Both the position numbers and the translations under genes were made by a program. A stretch of 64,000 nt of DNA, taken from Dimorphilus gyrociliatus. Its lineage: Eukaryota > Animalia > Annelida. This document shows, in pieces, positions 36,733 through 51,848 of the stretch (position 1 is its first letter; every line of letters starts with the position of its first letter). Location of the stretch: positions 558,001 to 622,000 of the forward strand of contig CAJFCJ010000027.1 in the NCBI GenBank assembly GCA_904063045.1, given 5' to 3'. The notes under the pieces are model-generated. The model was not told the origin of the DNA. It ran no database searches and saw only the letters and a list, made by a program, of their open reading frames with translations.

Positions 36733-38202
36733 GCTTAAACATACACTATAAACTACAAATCAGTTTCATTAAAGAATAAAACGGACCAATTATGATATAA
36801 ACTGCATTATTAAAACTTATGAACAAGTCTACAAACTGTACTAATATATTAAGTATTTAAAATAGTTTACTCAATGCTTCAAATAGCTTTATTTACCGCG
36901 TGACTAAGTGTATTTTTAGACGTTTGAAGGAGTAAATATCTCTTACTTTAGGCGTTTAAAGAAAAGACGATGAAAGAAGAGACGACAGAAAAAAAACAGA
37001 AAATGTAATGAGAATTTATGATTTAGCTATTTAAGAAAGGAAAAGGAAAAGTATTTCTAATCAAAATTATTTAGCAATGTGTTTTTGATTTTATTAGTCA
37101 TCTCTATTTCTTGAATAATAAAAGAAGAGGATAAAGAATAGAATTCTAAAAGACACAAATATAAGACATAATTAAATAATGACTAGAATCACTTTTACAA
37201 GTGAATTTATAATAATTATTAAGTTATTGTGTTGCAAGTATGCTCATTTGCTCTATAGTTTTTTTAGGCTAAATTAAAAAGGGCTAACAGTTAATTATAG
37301 AAAGGAATAAGGGTCGAATAATAAAAATAGCTGTGCTGCGTTTTTTACAAAAAATCTACAGAGAAGAGGAAGAAAGGGTAAAGAAGAAACTTGTCTTTCA
37401 TTAAATTATTCTTTCTTTTTTATTTTTTCTTATCCTTCATCCTCCATATTTTCCCTTTTATCCATCTTCTTCCTTTTATCCTTTCAATCTTTTTTTGGTT
37501 ACGTAGACAGGACGTGTTAATTTTGTTGTTGAAAACATATTTATATAACAATATTAATAATAATAGAAATATTTACAGAATATAGTATATATAATATATA
37601 TTAACTTAATATATTCAGTTCCCTACGTGTGATATTTTTTCCTATACAATAGATACAATTTCACATGAACATTATATTATAAACGCAGATATAGAGTATA
37701 TATTAACATATAACATTTATCTATATCGTACATTGTAGAATACTTTAGTCTCGGATTGGACATGGTTCAACCGAAAAGATAAGAGCATGAACATTTTTTT
37801 TTATATTGAACTTGTATAGAGATAGAGAAACAGCGAACAAGTAAGCAATAAATAAGGGTGCAAAAGATATTGAGAGAGAGAGAGAGTAACAAACATATTT
37901 AAGAAATTAGAAAGTAGAGAATACTTATGTGAACATATATATTCATATATACTGTATATACGCTGTATATAGTATACTCATAGATATTATAATTTATTTT
38001 ATTAACTTTTTTAACCTATATACTGTAAATATTTTGTCTAAAAGTTATAACATTGGCATTATAAAGATAAGGTTATATGTATTTCTCTCTTCCTCTCCCT
38101 TCCACTCTTCCTTTCTCTTTGTCTCTTGCCAGTTTATGATTTTTTTTGCTGATTTCAGTAATAATTTTGGAATGTATAGAACAAAGACGAAAAAATATTA
38201 GA

Positions 38203-40031
38203 ATGAAAAGATTATCAATAAAATTTAAACCAATAATTGAAGAAGATGAAGATGAAAAGAAAAGAGAAACTCGAGAAAGTTTTAATAGAAATGACGGATC
38301 AGTAAAACTATTAAAATTCAAATTTAAACAGTCGAGAAGGGCTTCGGATAGTAAAATTTATCCACTTCAGGTATATTATATATATATCTATACATTTTAA
38401 TAAATTCCTTAAATATTTCTTATTCTTTTTCTTCCTCCTCTTCTTATTTTCAAAAAGCATAAACAGTATAATTTTACAACTTTCCTTTTGAGAATTTTTT
38501 ATCTTTTTTAAATTAAATAATGGTTTATATTCATCTTAAATCCATTAAAAAGTATTTTTACTGTGATATATTTCGTAATTCGAGTATTTTACAGGCATAT
38601 GGTAAAATGCATACTTTTACAATACCTTATTTCATCCTCAGGTGTCGGAGCCTTCTTATGCGCTTATTCATCATAGTTGCAAGTAGATTTAACAGGGAAA
38701 CGACGCGTCTAATTATTCACCCGTTATTTATTATTTATCTTCTCTGCTTGCCTTTCCCTCTCTCTCCACCTCTCTTTCTCTCTCTCTTTCCCCGATAAGA
38801 AAATTTAAAAATAGATTTTCGATAAATAAAATGTTTGAATAGGCTGAATGAAAAAAAAATAAAAGGAAAAACACCGTCTTCTAACCCCTATTCTTTAACT
38901 GTATAGTATAAATTAACATCATTAATATGGTACTATAGTAGAGATTATGTGAAAACTATGCCTATCCAAAAAAGAGACTTATATAAAATATTTAAATAGA
39001 TTACAATAAAATAAAAAAAATGTCTGTAAAAAAGTGAAATGCATGAAATTTATTCAAGAATTAATTGTTTATTTCTAGTAGTTTATTGATTAACTTAAAA
39101 AGGAAAAATGACAAAAAGAAAGTCATTTTTTCTCTTTTTTATTCCTTTAATTACTCTTACATTCTTCTTTCAACTTTCAAACATTCTCTCTTCTTTTTCT
39201 CTTCTCTTCTAATAATTGAAAATAATGTTTTCCTTGTATAAACTCTTCGTATCGGAACATATTTTTGTCAAAGGACTTAATAAAAGATATAGTCCTATAT
39301 TCTAAATAGAAGATGATGAAATATAACAACATTATAATAAAGAACCCCTAGGGCCAACTTAAGAGGCGCACCTATAAGGGTTACTTCTTTTTTTTGTGTA
39401 TAAAAAGTGTTGTATATTTACTATTCCATAAAGCGAATCGGCCTGTGTAGCGCAGGTAAATAGCTAGAAGAGAGATTTTATATCGTTCACTCTATGACCG
39501 CTCAAAGACCCTTCGATAGTGCATCGATAACATTTAACTCATGTTTTCTTAATTAGCAGATGAATAGAAAGGACAACGAATATAGACAAGTTTTTGAGGG
39601 TAAAGCATTGGTAAATCAATTAATTTACTTGGGACAGAGTAGATTTTCGGAGAGAAAATTTGCAATTAAATTTGCTCAGAAACTCTTAAAGGATGGACAC
39701 TTGGAGTCTGTAGTTGGATCGACTCTTTTCGAAGATTCTTTACATTTATATAGATTCAAAGCGGACGTTGTTCGAGAAGTACGAAAGGTTAAAACTAACT
39801 ACTCGAATCGAATACCAAAGAAGAAACTGCTTCAAATTATGGAAATATATGATCAAACGAAATCTTTACCGAATACCCCAGCTGGAGAAGAAAAATTAGA
39901 GGTTCAATTTAAAGATTAGCCGGCTTTCAATAAGTTTATAAAGGAAAAGGATTATTTCTCTTAAATCCATGCAAAATTTCTCTATTTTTTACTTGAGCAA
40001 ATATTCTTCTTTCCTTTTTTCCTTCTGTTTA

Positions 40032-40066
<35 letters not shown>

Positions 40067-43000
40067 TTCACTCTATCAGAGCGATCTTTTATTATTTTAT
40101 CAAGTACGTAATAATATTAACTTTAATAGAACGTATCTAAAAAGTTCACTTTTAATTGCCTTATTTTAAGCTTCTAATTTGAAAAAGTAACAAATAAAAT
40201 AAAAAAAGAAATCTATTATGCAATAAAAAAAAAAGAAAGCCGTCAAATCTTTTAGTCAAAATTGAGCTATTCTCAAGAAGATATTTTCAATACTTGCAAA
40301 TACGACGGTGTTGAAATGCCATCTATTGATATTGAAGATTTCCGTACTACTGATTTACAGAAATTAGTTAACGATAACAATGGATATTCGGATAATGAAA
40401 AGTTTTTATTGGATAAATTGATAAGAATTAATAAAGATCATCATACAATACTACAGAATTATGAAAAACAAATTGAGGATTTAACTGAACGGATTAATCA
40501 ATTACAAAAAGAATTAGGAATAAATAATGATAATAATAATAATATTGATAATAATGACAATAATAAGACTGCTTCCGAGCAAAAGCCTATTCCCAAAGCA
40601 CCGCCACCTCCTCCTCCCGCCCCACCTCTTATAAAGGAATCGATTAAGCCAACTAAACAACCCGTTAAGCCAAATTTGAAGATGAGATCGCTCTATTGGG
40701 AAAGGATTATCATTGATAGGAGAAACTATTTAAATAGAACATTTTGGCACGAAGCAGTTGAACCTAATTTTCCGATTTCTGATTTTGAACAATTGTTCGG
40801 TTCTAAAAATGAACCAAAAAAATTAATTCAAAAGAAAACAGTAAAGAGTAGACAACCAAGAATTAAGATTTTAAGTAACGATAAATCAAGAGAAATTGCA
40901 ATTAAGATGAAGACTTTGCACGCAAATTCGCAAGATATTCAAGAAGCAATTTATAATATGGATTTTACTAAAATTGATATGGAATGGTAAAATACTAAGA
41001 AAATATTCTAACTATTTCTTCTTTATTTAAATAAATAAATAAATAAACAATAGTGACATTCTATTCCATACACACAGCATAAACGACCTATTTCGTCTTT
41101 ACTTGAAAGCATGCGAAGAAGGTGACCTAGCGAGGATTTCAGAACATCTCGAACAAAATCCAGAAACTCCTTTAGACGAACCTGAAATATTTCTATTAGA
41201 GCTATCCAAGTTAAATGACTGTCCCGATAGGCTTAATTGTATCATGCTTAAGAAGGAGGTTGGTGAGAAAATCTTCGATATTGGTAAGTAACTTTTTTTT
41301 ATTTTTTCACATACGTATTCCTGTCTATTCATTCCTTATAATTAATTGAAAAGATAGGGGATTGAAGAATAGGTTAAAGCCGGCGACCTATTTACGGAAA
41401 ATGACCCTTCAATTCAAAGGATTCTATAATTATATTATGATTTATTTTAGTATAGAACCAAAATTTTAACGTTTATTTTATTAGTATAAAATAACCAATA
41501 CAACCAAAAATCTTCGGAAAGAAAAAGGAAAACAACAACAAAAATATCATCAGAATATTCTTTCCCTAAAATTGACCTTGACTTTTCATAACTCAATTAC
41601 ATTGTAAACTTTTCCCTTAAAATACTCTTCATGTAGGGAATTTACATGATTATTATCGGAAAATTTGTAATAAGAAAACAAAATTTATCAATAAACAGAT
41701 CAACAACTCGACAGCCTGGAAACTGCTATAAATGAATTGAAAAGAAAGTATGCTAAAGATTTTCTTTTTTTAACAAGTTTGCGTGATAAATGGGTTTCTT
41801 TTGTATACCATCCACTATCACGTGACTGATGTTGTTTACCTAAACCATAGCGTGCGGAGGCTTTATAGTAGAATTATTGTTTAAACTTGACGTTTAGAGT
41901 GAGAAACATAACAGCAAGAGTGGGAAAAAATTAGCAATTGTAGTTTTTATTAAGGGAAAAAGTTCAATTATTTGCAAAAAAAAAATAGAAGCAAATTGAC
42001 AGCAATTTTAAAAAAATAGCGGAGAATTTAATAGAGAGAATGAATTTTTGTCAATTCACTATTAGTAATTATTATTGTATTGAACGCGGTTATTTTTTTT
42101 TGTATAGATGTTCTTTTTATATATCAACTAATATAAAAAAAACAGCTATTAAATAACAACCAATTTTTTTCTAGCTTGAATTTGACAAATTCATTCAAAC
42201 AGAAAATATTTTTTAGGACAAAAGATTAGATTACTGTTTATATTTCTCTCTGTCTCTCTGTCTCTCTCTCTCTCTCTCTCATTCACCAACTCTATCTGTC
42301 TATCTGTATATCTCTTTTCTCTTTTATTCCCTATAGATATATGCTATATCTATATAAATTATCACAAATAATTAAATATCTATATTAGTTTCTCTATATA
42401 ATCAGAAAAAGAAAACATATTAAATTCAATGCTATATTTTAACGGTAGATGGAGCCTTTACGCATAAAAAAAATCACATTTATGATCCACGCTAATGGTG
42501 TTTTCCTGGATCGATGATATAATAATGTCTTTGCCTACAGCGATTGTCTTGGCGAAATTCTACAATATACGCTAGCATTAGGAAATTATATGAATGGAAC
42601 TACTCAGAGGGGTCAAGCCGATGGCTTTGATCTTCATATTTTAACCAAATTAACCGATGTGAAATCTTTTGATAAACAAACTAATCTTCTTCAATTCATA
42701 TGCCATTTGATATGTAAAAACGAAGAGGGAACGGGAACCAGCCGGGCCATTTATAGACTACCAAAGCATGAAACAATGCAACAAGCATCAAAGCTTTCTC
42801 CTTCAGCAATAAAAACTGAACTGGATTGTCTTAACTGTAAAATTCGACAAAACATAATAAAAGTAAGGGAAATTGTTGAAAATTCAAATAGAACGGAACC
42901 TTTTCAAACAGTAATGGAAATATTTTTTGATAATGCTCAAAATATGATTGAACACCAAATGGAAAGGGTTGGTCAAGTTTCTGAAGCCTATCAACAATAT

Positions 43001-43885
43001 CTTATCTATCTTGGGGCGGAGAATAGCGAAAGATACAGTACGTTCTAACAATATTTAGAAACAAATAGATATTCTAATGTATACAGTATATTGTATATCT
43101 TGTATATATCTATGTATTAATTTTAATTAAAAACAGCAAATGTATAGTAAATATAACTATTTTTAGAATCCACAGAGTCTTTTTTCAATATATGGGAGAG
43201 ATTTTTTATATCCTTCCATTCTTGTTGGCAAAAAGAGCAAAAACTCGCTGCTAGATTGAAATTTGAGGCAATGGAGGAGAAGAGGAGGCAAAGAGTCAAA
43301 CAACATCGCAGACAATCGATAACTACTGATTCAAATATTGGTTTAAAGAGTCGAATGCAAGAGAGAAGAAGAAATCAAAAGGAAAAACAGTTATCTTATT
43401 TTACGAGGAGTCAATCGGTTTGTAACTTATTGGGGGATGTAGGACCAAACATTTTTCCGAGTTCTTCCACTGAATCTACATATAACGAAGAAGAGAACGA
43501 AGTAAAACTAGAGAATATAACTAGATCTCGTAGAAGATTTTCCGTAGATGTTTCTAATGGAACTGAGATTAGACTAAAGAATTCTGCCATTGATATTCCA
43601 AAAGAAGATGAAACAATTACCGAACAAAGAAAACCTCTTTACAATAATCTTTTGACAAGTCAAAAGTGTTCAGATGATAGTAATAATAATAATCATTGCA
43701 AAAATAATCCCATTAATAGCCATTGTTCTAATAAATCAATGGAAATGAAAGAGGTCAAAATGGAATCTCGATCTAGATTTAGGAGAAGATTTCAAGATGA
43801 TTTCAACAGCTCTGATCATTTTATTCAAAAGAGAAATTTTAGACAGCAATTGTTAGAAAAGAAAAAAGATAAAGAATCATCCTGA
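38203..43885 (+). CDS. FMN: Formin of the FMN/cappuccino class with N-terminal DEP domain, FH1 and FH2; 9 coding exons, ~924 aa
   Basis: Exons 38203-38370, 38642-38682, 39434-39455, 39560(or 39557)-39901, 40256-40986, 41078-41283, 41699-41747, 42541-43037 and 43167-43885 total 2775 nt in frame. DEP-like YRQVFEGKALVNQL...AQKLLKDGHLESV, FH1 PKAPPPPPPAPP, FH2 MRSLYWERI and LALGNYMNGTTQRGQADGFDL. The two micro-exons and the exon-4 donor are less certain. Confidence 0.9.
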
Positions 43886-46395
43886 AGGCATTCAGAAAAG
43901 ATGGAAACAAGTCAAAAAGCTAGGAGGTAAGATAAACAGGAAGAGAGGAAAATTAGAAAAAAGAAAGAGAGATAGAGATCCCGAGAGAAATATAGAGTGA
44001 ACGAAAGAAATAAGCCTTACAATTTAGTGTAATAGTAATACTTTCATTCCTAAATTATTTATTGTTATTTGAATACAAACTACAATTGTATAAGGACAGC
44101 TAATTTTTCAATTAAAACAATAAACAACACTCTCTCTCTACCTTGAGAAAATACAACAAACAATACTATTAATCATTAATTTTATAAATTAGCTATCATC
44201 AAATGATAAGGATAATGATAATAGCATAATTTATAGACTAAAAATTACTCTTATTAGTTGAGAATATTGGGGTCAATTTATTATTATTCTAATTAGTACA
44301 ATACATAAACATATAATATATACCTATATAAGACAGTATATATTGGTATGTACTAGAAGTTTCTTTCCGTCCTGCTCTTCCTAATCTACTTAAGGCTTAT
44401 AAACCCCTTAAGAAATAAGATACTTGAAAAATTATAGATATTTATCTTCCCTCTAACCATATTTCTTGTGTTTTAGCATGTAAAAGCTAAAGGGGCATAG
44501 TTTTTTTTATTCTAGATTACAGATTATTTATTCGTTATTGTAGGTTGTCCCTGTTTCGATATTAAATAAAAAAGAATATATAGCATTAGTGTATAAATGA
44601 AAAAACAAATGATAATAAGCGAAATAGTATATATAAACAAATTATTAGGAATATATACAATATATATTAGTATATATATATATATATATATATAAATTGT
44701 TAATCTATAGGTAATCGATAAAAATAAATTATATGCTTGTTTTTAACTGTCTCATAATTCAGCACGAATAATGTTCAGATAATTATGCCAACTACGAAAA
44801 TTACTATCATTATGAAGATACGCGTACGTGCGAACTCATATTTTTGCTTATTTGTTATCATTTGAATATAAGATTTTCTTTATTCGTATAAACATACATA
44901 CTAATACACTTTATATAGATATTCATATATATATATATATATATTTTTTGTATCTATATAGACTTTTCATAAAAGTGTATAAATTATATAGTTATACAAT
45001 GATGTGGGTTGGAAGGAAAAGGAAACATATACGACGGAGATAAGAGAAAAAGGAAAAAGGTATAGAGATGATGAGAAGAGAAAGTTATCTTCCAAGAAAT
45101 CTAATATTATCAAAAAAGAATGATGTAAAAGTATTCTTTTAGCATTTTATTAATTAATTCATTTATCTAATTTATGCTAAAAGGATATTTCGTATGCCAA
45201 ATAACGCCTTTGAATTAAGCGTATATTGTAATTTTCTAATTACATCGAAAGATGGCGCCGTCGAGTTTAAGATATATTTCAATCCAACTTCAATCGTCTG
45301 GAAAAAAACTGGCCTACACAGTAATACTGTTGGCCGTGTATCGGCCATTTTTAAATCGTTTTTATCTCACGACACCATATCGACTGATAGCAAGATGCGA
45401 TAAGGAAAGAAGCCAGAAAAAAAGGAGTATAATTTAGTAAACAGAGAGGAATACTGGTAAGTAGATCGATTATTGTTCTTTTGCTTTTTCCTACGGAAAC
45501 AAAATATATTGAAAACCTTCTTTTATGATAAATTTTTCTCTCTGTATTTTTTGTTCTTTCCTTTTTTTCTTTCCTGTAAAAGAAAGAAACAATAGGGACG
45601 TCATTTATTGAAAAAAAATAATGAAATTTCTAAGTAATTTATTATGTCCTTATGAAATATTTTAGATATTCAATGTTTACTTAAAATTCGTATTCCTATT
45701 TTAAAGTATGTTATATACGAGATATATAATATATCAGCTATATATTCAAATATGTACTTCTAAGTGTAGCTTGTACAATAGAATTTCTTATACAGAATAT
45801 ACTGTATGCTTATGATTTGTTTGTTTATTTAAATAAATACAAACAATAGTTGTCAACAAATAACTGCCGTTATTTGGTACATTAGGGTTAACTTTTTATG
45901 TACGATTTTTACGCTTTTGATTATGGTATACTGTATATATATAGTTTATATATGAGTTCTATACTTATATCTATACAGTATATACTAATATATATTACAT
46001 TTTATCACATATCATTTCATATTTATGTTATGTCATATTGTATTTAAATAAATATGCTTACTATTCTATAAACCCATTATACAAGAATCTACGAGAGATT
46101 TATGAAGCGTTTCTAGTCATAAGGAATGTCTTAGATAATGATAAAAGTGTAAAATATGGAAAAGTAGATCACTTTTAATCATTTTCTACACCTTTTTCAT
46201 ATGTAACGTCATATATAGTTTAGAGATTTCACAGTTGCCTAATCTAGATCATATTTAGTAGGATACTGTCTACAAATGGGTACTGCTAAAATTTATTATT
46301 ACAATCATGCATGCATAACAACTATGGAGCATAGTATAAAAAAGATTATAAATGAAAACCAGGTGTTCACACTTCCGACTTAGAGAGCACCAAAA

Positions 46396-49300
46396 ATGAC
46401 ATCCTGCATTAAACCGTCCGGATTTTCCAAGCTTGGAAATATGATAAATCAGGCAGTACGTTCACCAAAATTTCGAAGGAGAACAAATAGTGAGAAGGAC
46501 GACCATCAGGAAAGCGGTGAGCAAGACTCGATTCAATGGCATTTCTCGCAGGTGAAAGGAAGCGGAGACGTTGACGTTACTGAAGGTAAAATAACAAATT
46601 ATTATACTTATTACTTTCTCTAGTTAAGTAAGCTTTACGATACGTATATAAATAATTTAAAATAAGAGCAATTACTATAAAGTACCAGCGCAAACTTTTA
46701 CTATGAATCTCTTTCAGCTGTATGTTTTTTATTTTTATGTTAAAAACGGTCTTTCATTGAATTATTATTCACAAAGTCTTTCAATTTAATATTGGATAGT
46801 AAAGATGAGAAGATCAGATAGACTCTATAAATATATGCGCTGTTAGCTGTCAAAAGAGAGGAGTCAAGCTTTTCTTTCTACATAGTGCTATCTGTCTCGT
46901 CTCTCTGTTTTTTTCCCTCTTTTTCTGTCTCTCACTTACAAAATCTCTCTGTCATTCTCACCGTGTCTCTCTCTCTCTCTCTCTTAGTCTATCTTCTCGT
47001 TTTTTTTTATTCTCTCTCAATAATTTTAATATTTCTTATTATTTAAAATATAAATCAGTCAATCAGAAATAAATTACAAGTTAAACAGTGTTGTTTCTTA
47101 TCAGAGATCTAAGATACCACAAAGGTAGATAGTAAAAATTAAAAATAAACTATCTTATGATTTGCTCTAGATATATTCCTAATAATCACTTACAAATGGT
47201 CAATAATAAACGTTTATATTAAACCTACAAGTAGAATGTCAAGAGGCGCAATGTACGCCCTACTTAAGCGTAGACATACATAAAAATAGCTAATATTTAC
47301 AGTATTGCGTCATCGTACGATTTTTAGATTATTAAATTTGTACTTATTATTCTCTTTTCTATTTTTCATACATTAAACAGCCTTTTTTCAATCAAATATT
47401 AATTTAAACAACTATATAGTAGATAAACTAATATATATTTATAGATATTTATATATACATTCAATAATCAATTATCAATTATTAGTATCTGCTATTAAAA
47501 ATTCTAAAGGCTTGATTTTTATTTCTTAGAGGATATTATATCTTCTGTACGCTTCGACAAGACTGGCGAATTTCTCGCTACTGGTGATAAAGGAGGCCGT
47601 GTTGTTGTATTTAAAAGAATACCGAACGCTCAGAATCCCTGCTACGATCTCTACTCAACCTTTCTTAGTCATGAAAGGGAATTCGATTATTTAAAAAGCG
47701 TTGAAATTGACGAGAAAATCAACTGTATTAAGTGGTTACCCCATGTTAACAGCAGTAGATTTTTACTCTCTGCAAATGATAAAACAATAAAATTATGGAA
47801 ATTATCTGAAAAAGATAAAAAATATTGCGAAAGCGACAAGAAGATATCTACAGATTTAAAGTTGCCTAAATCGTCTAAGGTGCCACGTTACGTTGAGGCG
47901 TCATCAAAAAGATTATACGAAAATGGACATTCTTTCAACATTAATTCCATGGCAGTTAATAACGATCAGCAAACATTCTTATCGTCCGATGATTTGAGGA
48001 TAAATTTATGGAATTTAGAGGTGACATGCGAGACGTTTAGTATCCTTTTTTCTTGTATAAAAAACAGAAAAATTCCAACTCATCAAACCATTTCTCATCT
48101 TTTTTATAACTCTTTTCTTTTTCTCTTCCTACCTCTCTTTTTCTCTTTGTGCTCTCTTTTATTTTTAATCCCCCCTTTCAGCCTATTAGAACAAATTGAA
48201 ATCGTGAAAAAAACCATTGAGTGTACGAAACGTCGATTAGAGAGAAAAAAGGAAAACTAAGTGGGGAAAGAAAGAAAGAGGGAGGGAGTTGAGAGTGAGA
48301 ATAGAGGGAAAACAAAGAGGAAGAGAAAGAGATTATCATTATAAATCATATCCGTGATTATATGGTACACGTGCTAGTTCATGCCTAAAAAAACATGGTC
48401 GTACGATTCGGTCATAATAGCAAAACTTTGTCATTGTCATCGTTGTAACAGCACGTAATAGTTATACTTTTTTATTACTAAACATGCTATCTAAGAATAT
48501 TCACAAAGGTTTAGTTAAAAGGCCTATCTTGAAATATTAAACAACAGAGAGAATAATCTAAAAACCATTTAACAATCCACTCATCTGAGATCGGAAAACT
48601 TGATAATAGGAATCTAATAAGACCGTAAACAAATTGGTTGTCCACCAATTGATGGTGAAAGAAACTGGGACTTATCTGTTAAGAGAATAGGACAAAAAAA
48701 GGCGTCCATTATTAATAAAGCTATTCAGAAACAATTTTCATCTTTTTTTTCAGGTTTTTATCATTTTATTCATCTTTTATTTATTTGCATGTAAAAATTT
48801 AAGAGAACCAAAAAGCAAAAACTCTAATAATTTTTCTCATATTAAGATTTAATTATAAATAAGGAAAATTTCGTTGTATTCTATTTTTAGACTTTTAACA
48901 TACTTCTTTTAGATTATAAGAAGAAACGTAATAGTTAAACAATTATAAGTAAACAATATATATAAAATTTATATTTATTATATTAAAAAATATGAATAAT
49001 TGATAATTTTTCCTTCCTAACGCCATCTATTGATTGTGTGTGAAGGATGAGAGCCTAAGAACCTTCAAAGACAACATGATTCTTATTATTTTCCAACGTA
49101 TCAATAGTTTTTAAGTTACAAAAAAACAATGTAAAAAAATCTATAATTTCAACTTAATTTTGTCCAGGGTCTCACTAGACGTCAATAAATAGGCCAAAAA
49201 CAAATTTGTCCATTGTTTGCTTATATATATATACTGTATATTATAAAGGAAAGAGAGAAGGGCAAATGGGTTATATATAGTATTTTATATATAAATATTT

Positions 49301-51848
49301 TATATGCAACAAACTTAATGTACAATTGTAATATTTCACTTAGCCTCATACATTGTTTATTTTTACTATTTACTTTTTTATTTTAGTTACGTTTGATACA
49401 AAATATGATAAAAACTAGGCTTAAGGATAACAAAGGCATCCTATGCATCTGTTTTTCTTTTAGAAAATAATAGATCATAAAGAGATAAGGATAAAATATT
49501 TCAACTATTACTGCTTCTATAGTTTTCGCCTTGTTTTTTTTATGCTTCTAAAAGTGTGAAGAGATTTTCACCTTTTCCTCTTTTGCCCTTAGTTTTTCTT
49601 CCAAGTTGAAAGTTTTGGAAGTAATAGAATAAGATTTCAATTTTTTTTCTTCTTTTCTTAAGGGTTACACGTCAGAGTAATAGAAACTTAAATAGCTATT
49701 AATGTTTATTTTCTTTATCTGGATTGACATTCAACACTGGTATACGTAAAAGTATTTTAACGTGCATATTATTGGCATTTAGGTCAATGTTTTAGATCTT
49801 ACAGGAACAATGTCTCTATAAAAAACCAAGTTGTAAATAGATCCTGTTTATACATAGATTTGTATAGGCAATAATGTACATATATATACATTTGTCTTTT
49901 GTTTCACATTTTTTTTCCTCTTTTATTATATACACAATAACATAGTTAGACATCTAATAAGATAGAATAAAGCCAAAAAGAAGGAGAGGGACAAAAACAG
50001 AGAGAACTTTAACAAAGCTAGAATAAATAAACACGGGTGATTTAAGAATATCTCTTGTTTTTCTTCTTTGACAATATACAGATTAAACTAGAGATTACAC
50101 CATAAAATTTTATGTTCATACGTTGAGAACTATGTTATTCGTTATATATTTTATATAATAGATGAAAAGGGATGTTAAAAAGTAGCTAGACAAGGAGATG
50201 AGAATAATTATAATAACAAAAGAAAAAGGGAATATAAATTTTTTTTCTCTCTCGACATTTGACGATATCTAATTAATTTATTGATAGAAAAACACGGAAT
50301 ATTGTCAATGGTAATTTTCGAGAGCTTATTAAATAGTATTATAAACTAAGATAAATAATCTACTCCTTATTTTTACATTATTTCTCTTTGAAGAGAACAA
50401 GATGATTATAGGAAAATAACAGTTACAAAGTATAACAAAAATAGACAAGAAAATAATATTCGTTCTCCATCAAATAGACAAGATTTTTTTAGGTAAAATT
50501 TGCTTCATAATCTCTTTTAAATGTGTCACTAAAAAAGAAGAAGATAGAAAGAAATTGTACATACTTTCCTCCTTCCTCCCACTCTCGCCCCCTAATCTAA
50601 AAGTTACCTAAATATAAGAGTAATATTTCTTATATCTTCCTCTTTGTACAACTACTAAGAAAATTATTATTTTTTATAGTATTGTAGATGGCGCAAACAA
50701 TCAAATCGTAATATTTTTATATTATTTCATTTATTGTATATTATGTTTCTTTCCTCTTTTATCTAATTATTAAGTTTCTTCTTTAGCAATTACTGAAAGA
50801 AAACAAAAAAAAATTGTATAAAGAATGATGTGAATAAATATTTCGTATATGAATCATCTTTGATAGATTACATGTTTAATTTAAATTAGTAATAATTGAT
50901 AAAGAAAGAGAGAGAGAGAGAGAGACAGAGAAAGAGAAAATGAAGGAATGAATGAGAGAGTGAAGATATATTTATAAAGAAATTATAATTCAAGAAGAAA
51001 TTATTAAGCAAAGATATATTTTCATTATTCTTCTTTCCTTAACTCGTCATCTTTCTAGATTTAATTGACTTGAAGCCAGACAATATTGAAGACTTGACGG
51101 AAGTCATAACAAGTTTAGATTTCCACCCGAAAAATTCTTATTCATTCCTTTATGCTACTAGTCGCGGAGCTATTAGACTTTGCGATCTAAGGCAAAATTC
51201 CGTGTGCGACAACGTGGTTAAAGGTATTTTACATATTAAATATATCTAATTTATTAATTAATTAGTTAATTAATTGGTTTAATTAAATATATAACAAAAA
51301 AAAGTAAATTATTTAATTTTGTAGCTTTCGAAGAGGATAAAACTGGAAAAGAGAGTTTTTTTAATGAGATAACATCTTCAATATCGGATGTAAAATTCTT
51401 ACCAAATGGCGACTTGTTTATGACTCGTGATTATCTATATTTAAAAGTCTGGGATACTAGAAAAGAAGATAAGCCTATTCAAATCTTCAACGTTCATGAT
51501 CCCATCAGAACAAAATTATGTGTACTATACGAGAATGAATGCATTTTTGATAAATTTACTTGTACTTCGGATTCAACAGGACAATATTTATTAAGTGGAT
51601 CGTATAATAATCTATTTAAAGTATTCGATCGGTACAATAAAACGGATGTCATGTTTGAAGCGACTAATGCTCATCAACAATTGAGGCCTAAGAAGCTTAT
51701 TAGCTCACAAAAAGTTAAAAAGAATGAAATGAATGTTGAGAATTTAAATTTTAAAAAGAAAATATTACAAGCAGATTGGAATATGACTGAAAATGTGGTT
51801 GCTATTGCTGCAGTTAATAACTTGTTCTTTTTTCGAAGCAAAAGCTAG
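46396..51848 (+). CDS. PPP2R2: Protein phosphatase 2A regulatory subunit B55 (PPP2R2/twins), 4 coding exons, ~462 aa
   Basis: Exons 46396-46585, 47530-48039, 51059-51223 and 51325-51848 total 1389 nt in frame. Hallmark motifs IQWHFSQVKG, LATGDKGGRVV, FDYLKSVEIDEKIN, DDLRINLW, DLTEVIT, TRDYL, LYENECIFDKF and IAAVNNLF. Confidence 0.97.
49021..49032 (+). promoter_or_regulatory. CTCF-like motif CGCCATCTATTG in PP2A intron 2
   Basis: One mismatch to the recurrent 12-mer. Confidence 0.45.

Noticed and set aside
38595-38601. 7-nt micro-exon GCATATG in the formin gene
   Set aside because: Including it shifts the frame into a stop in the next exon.
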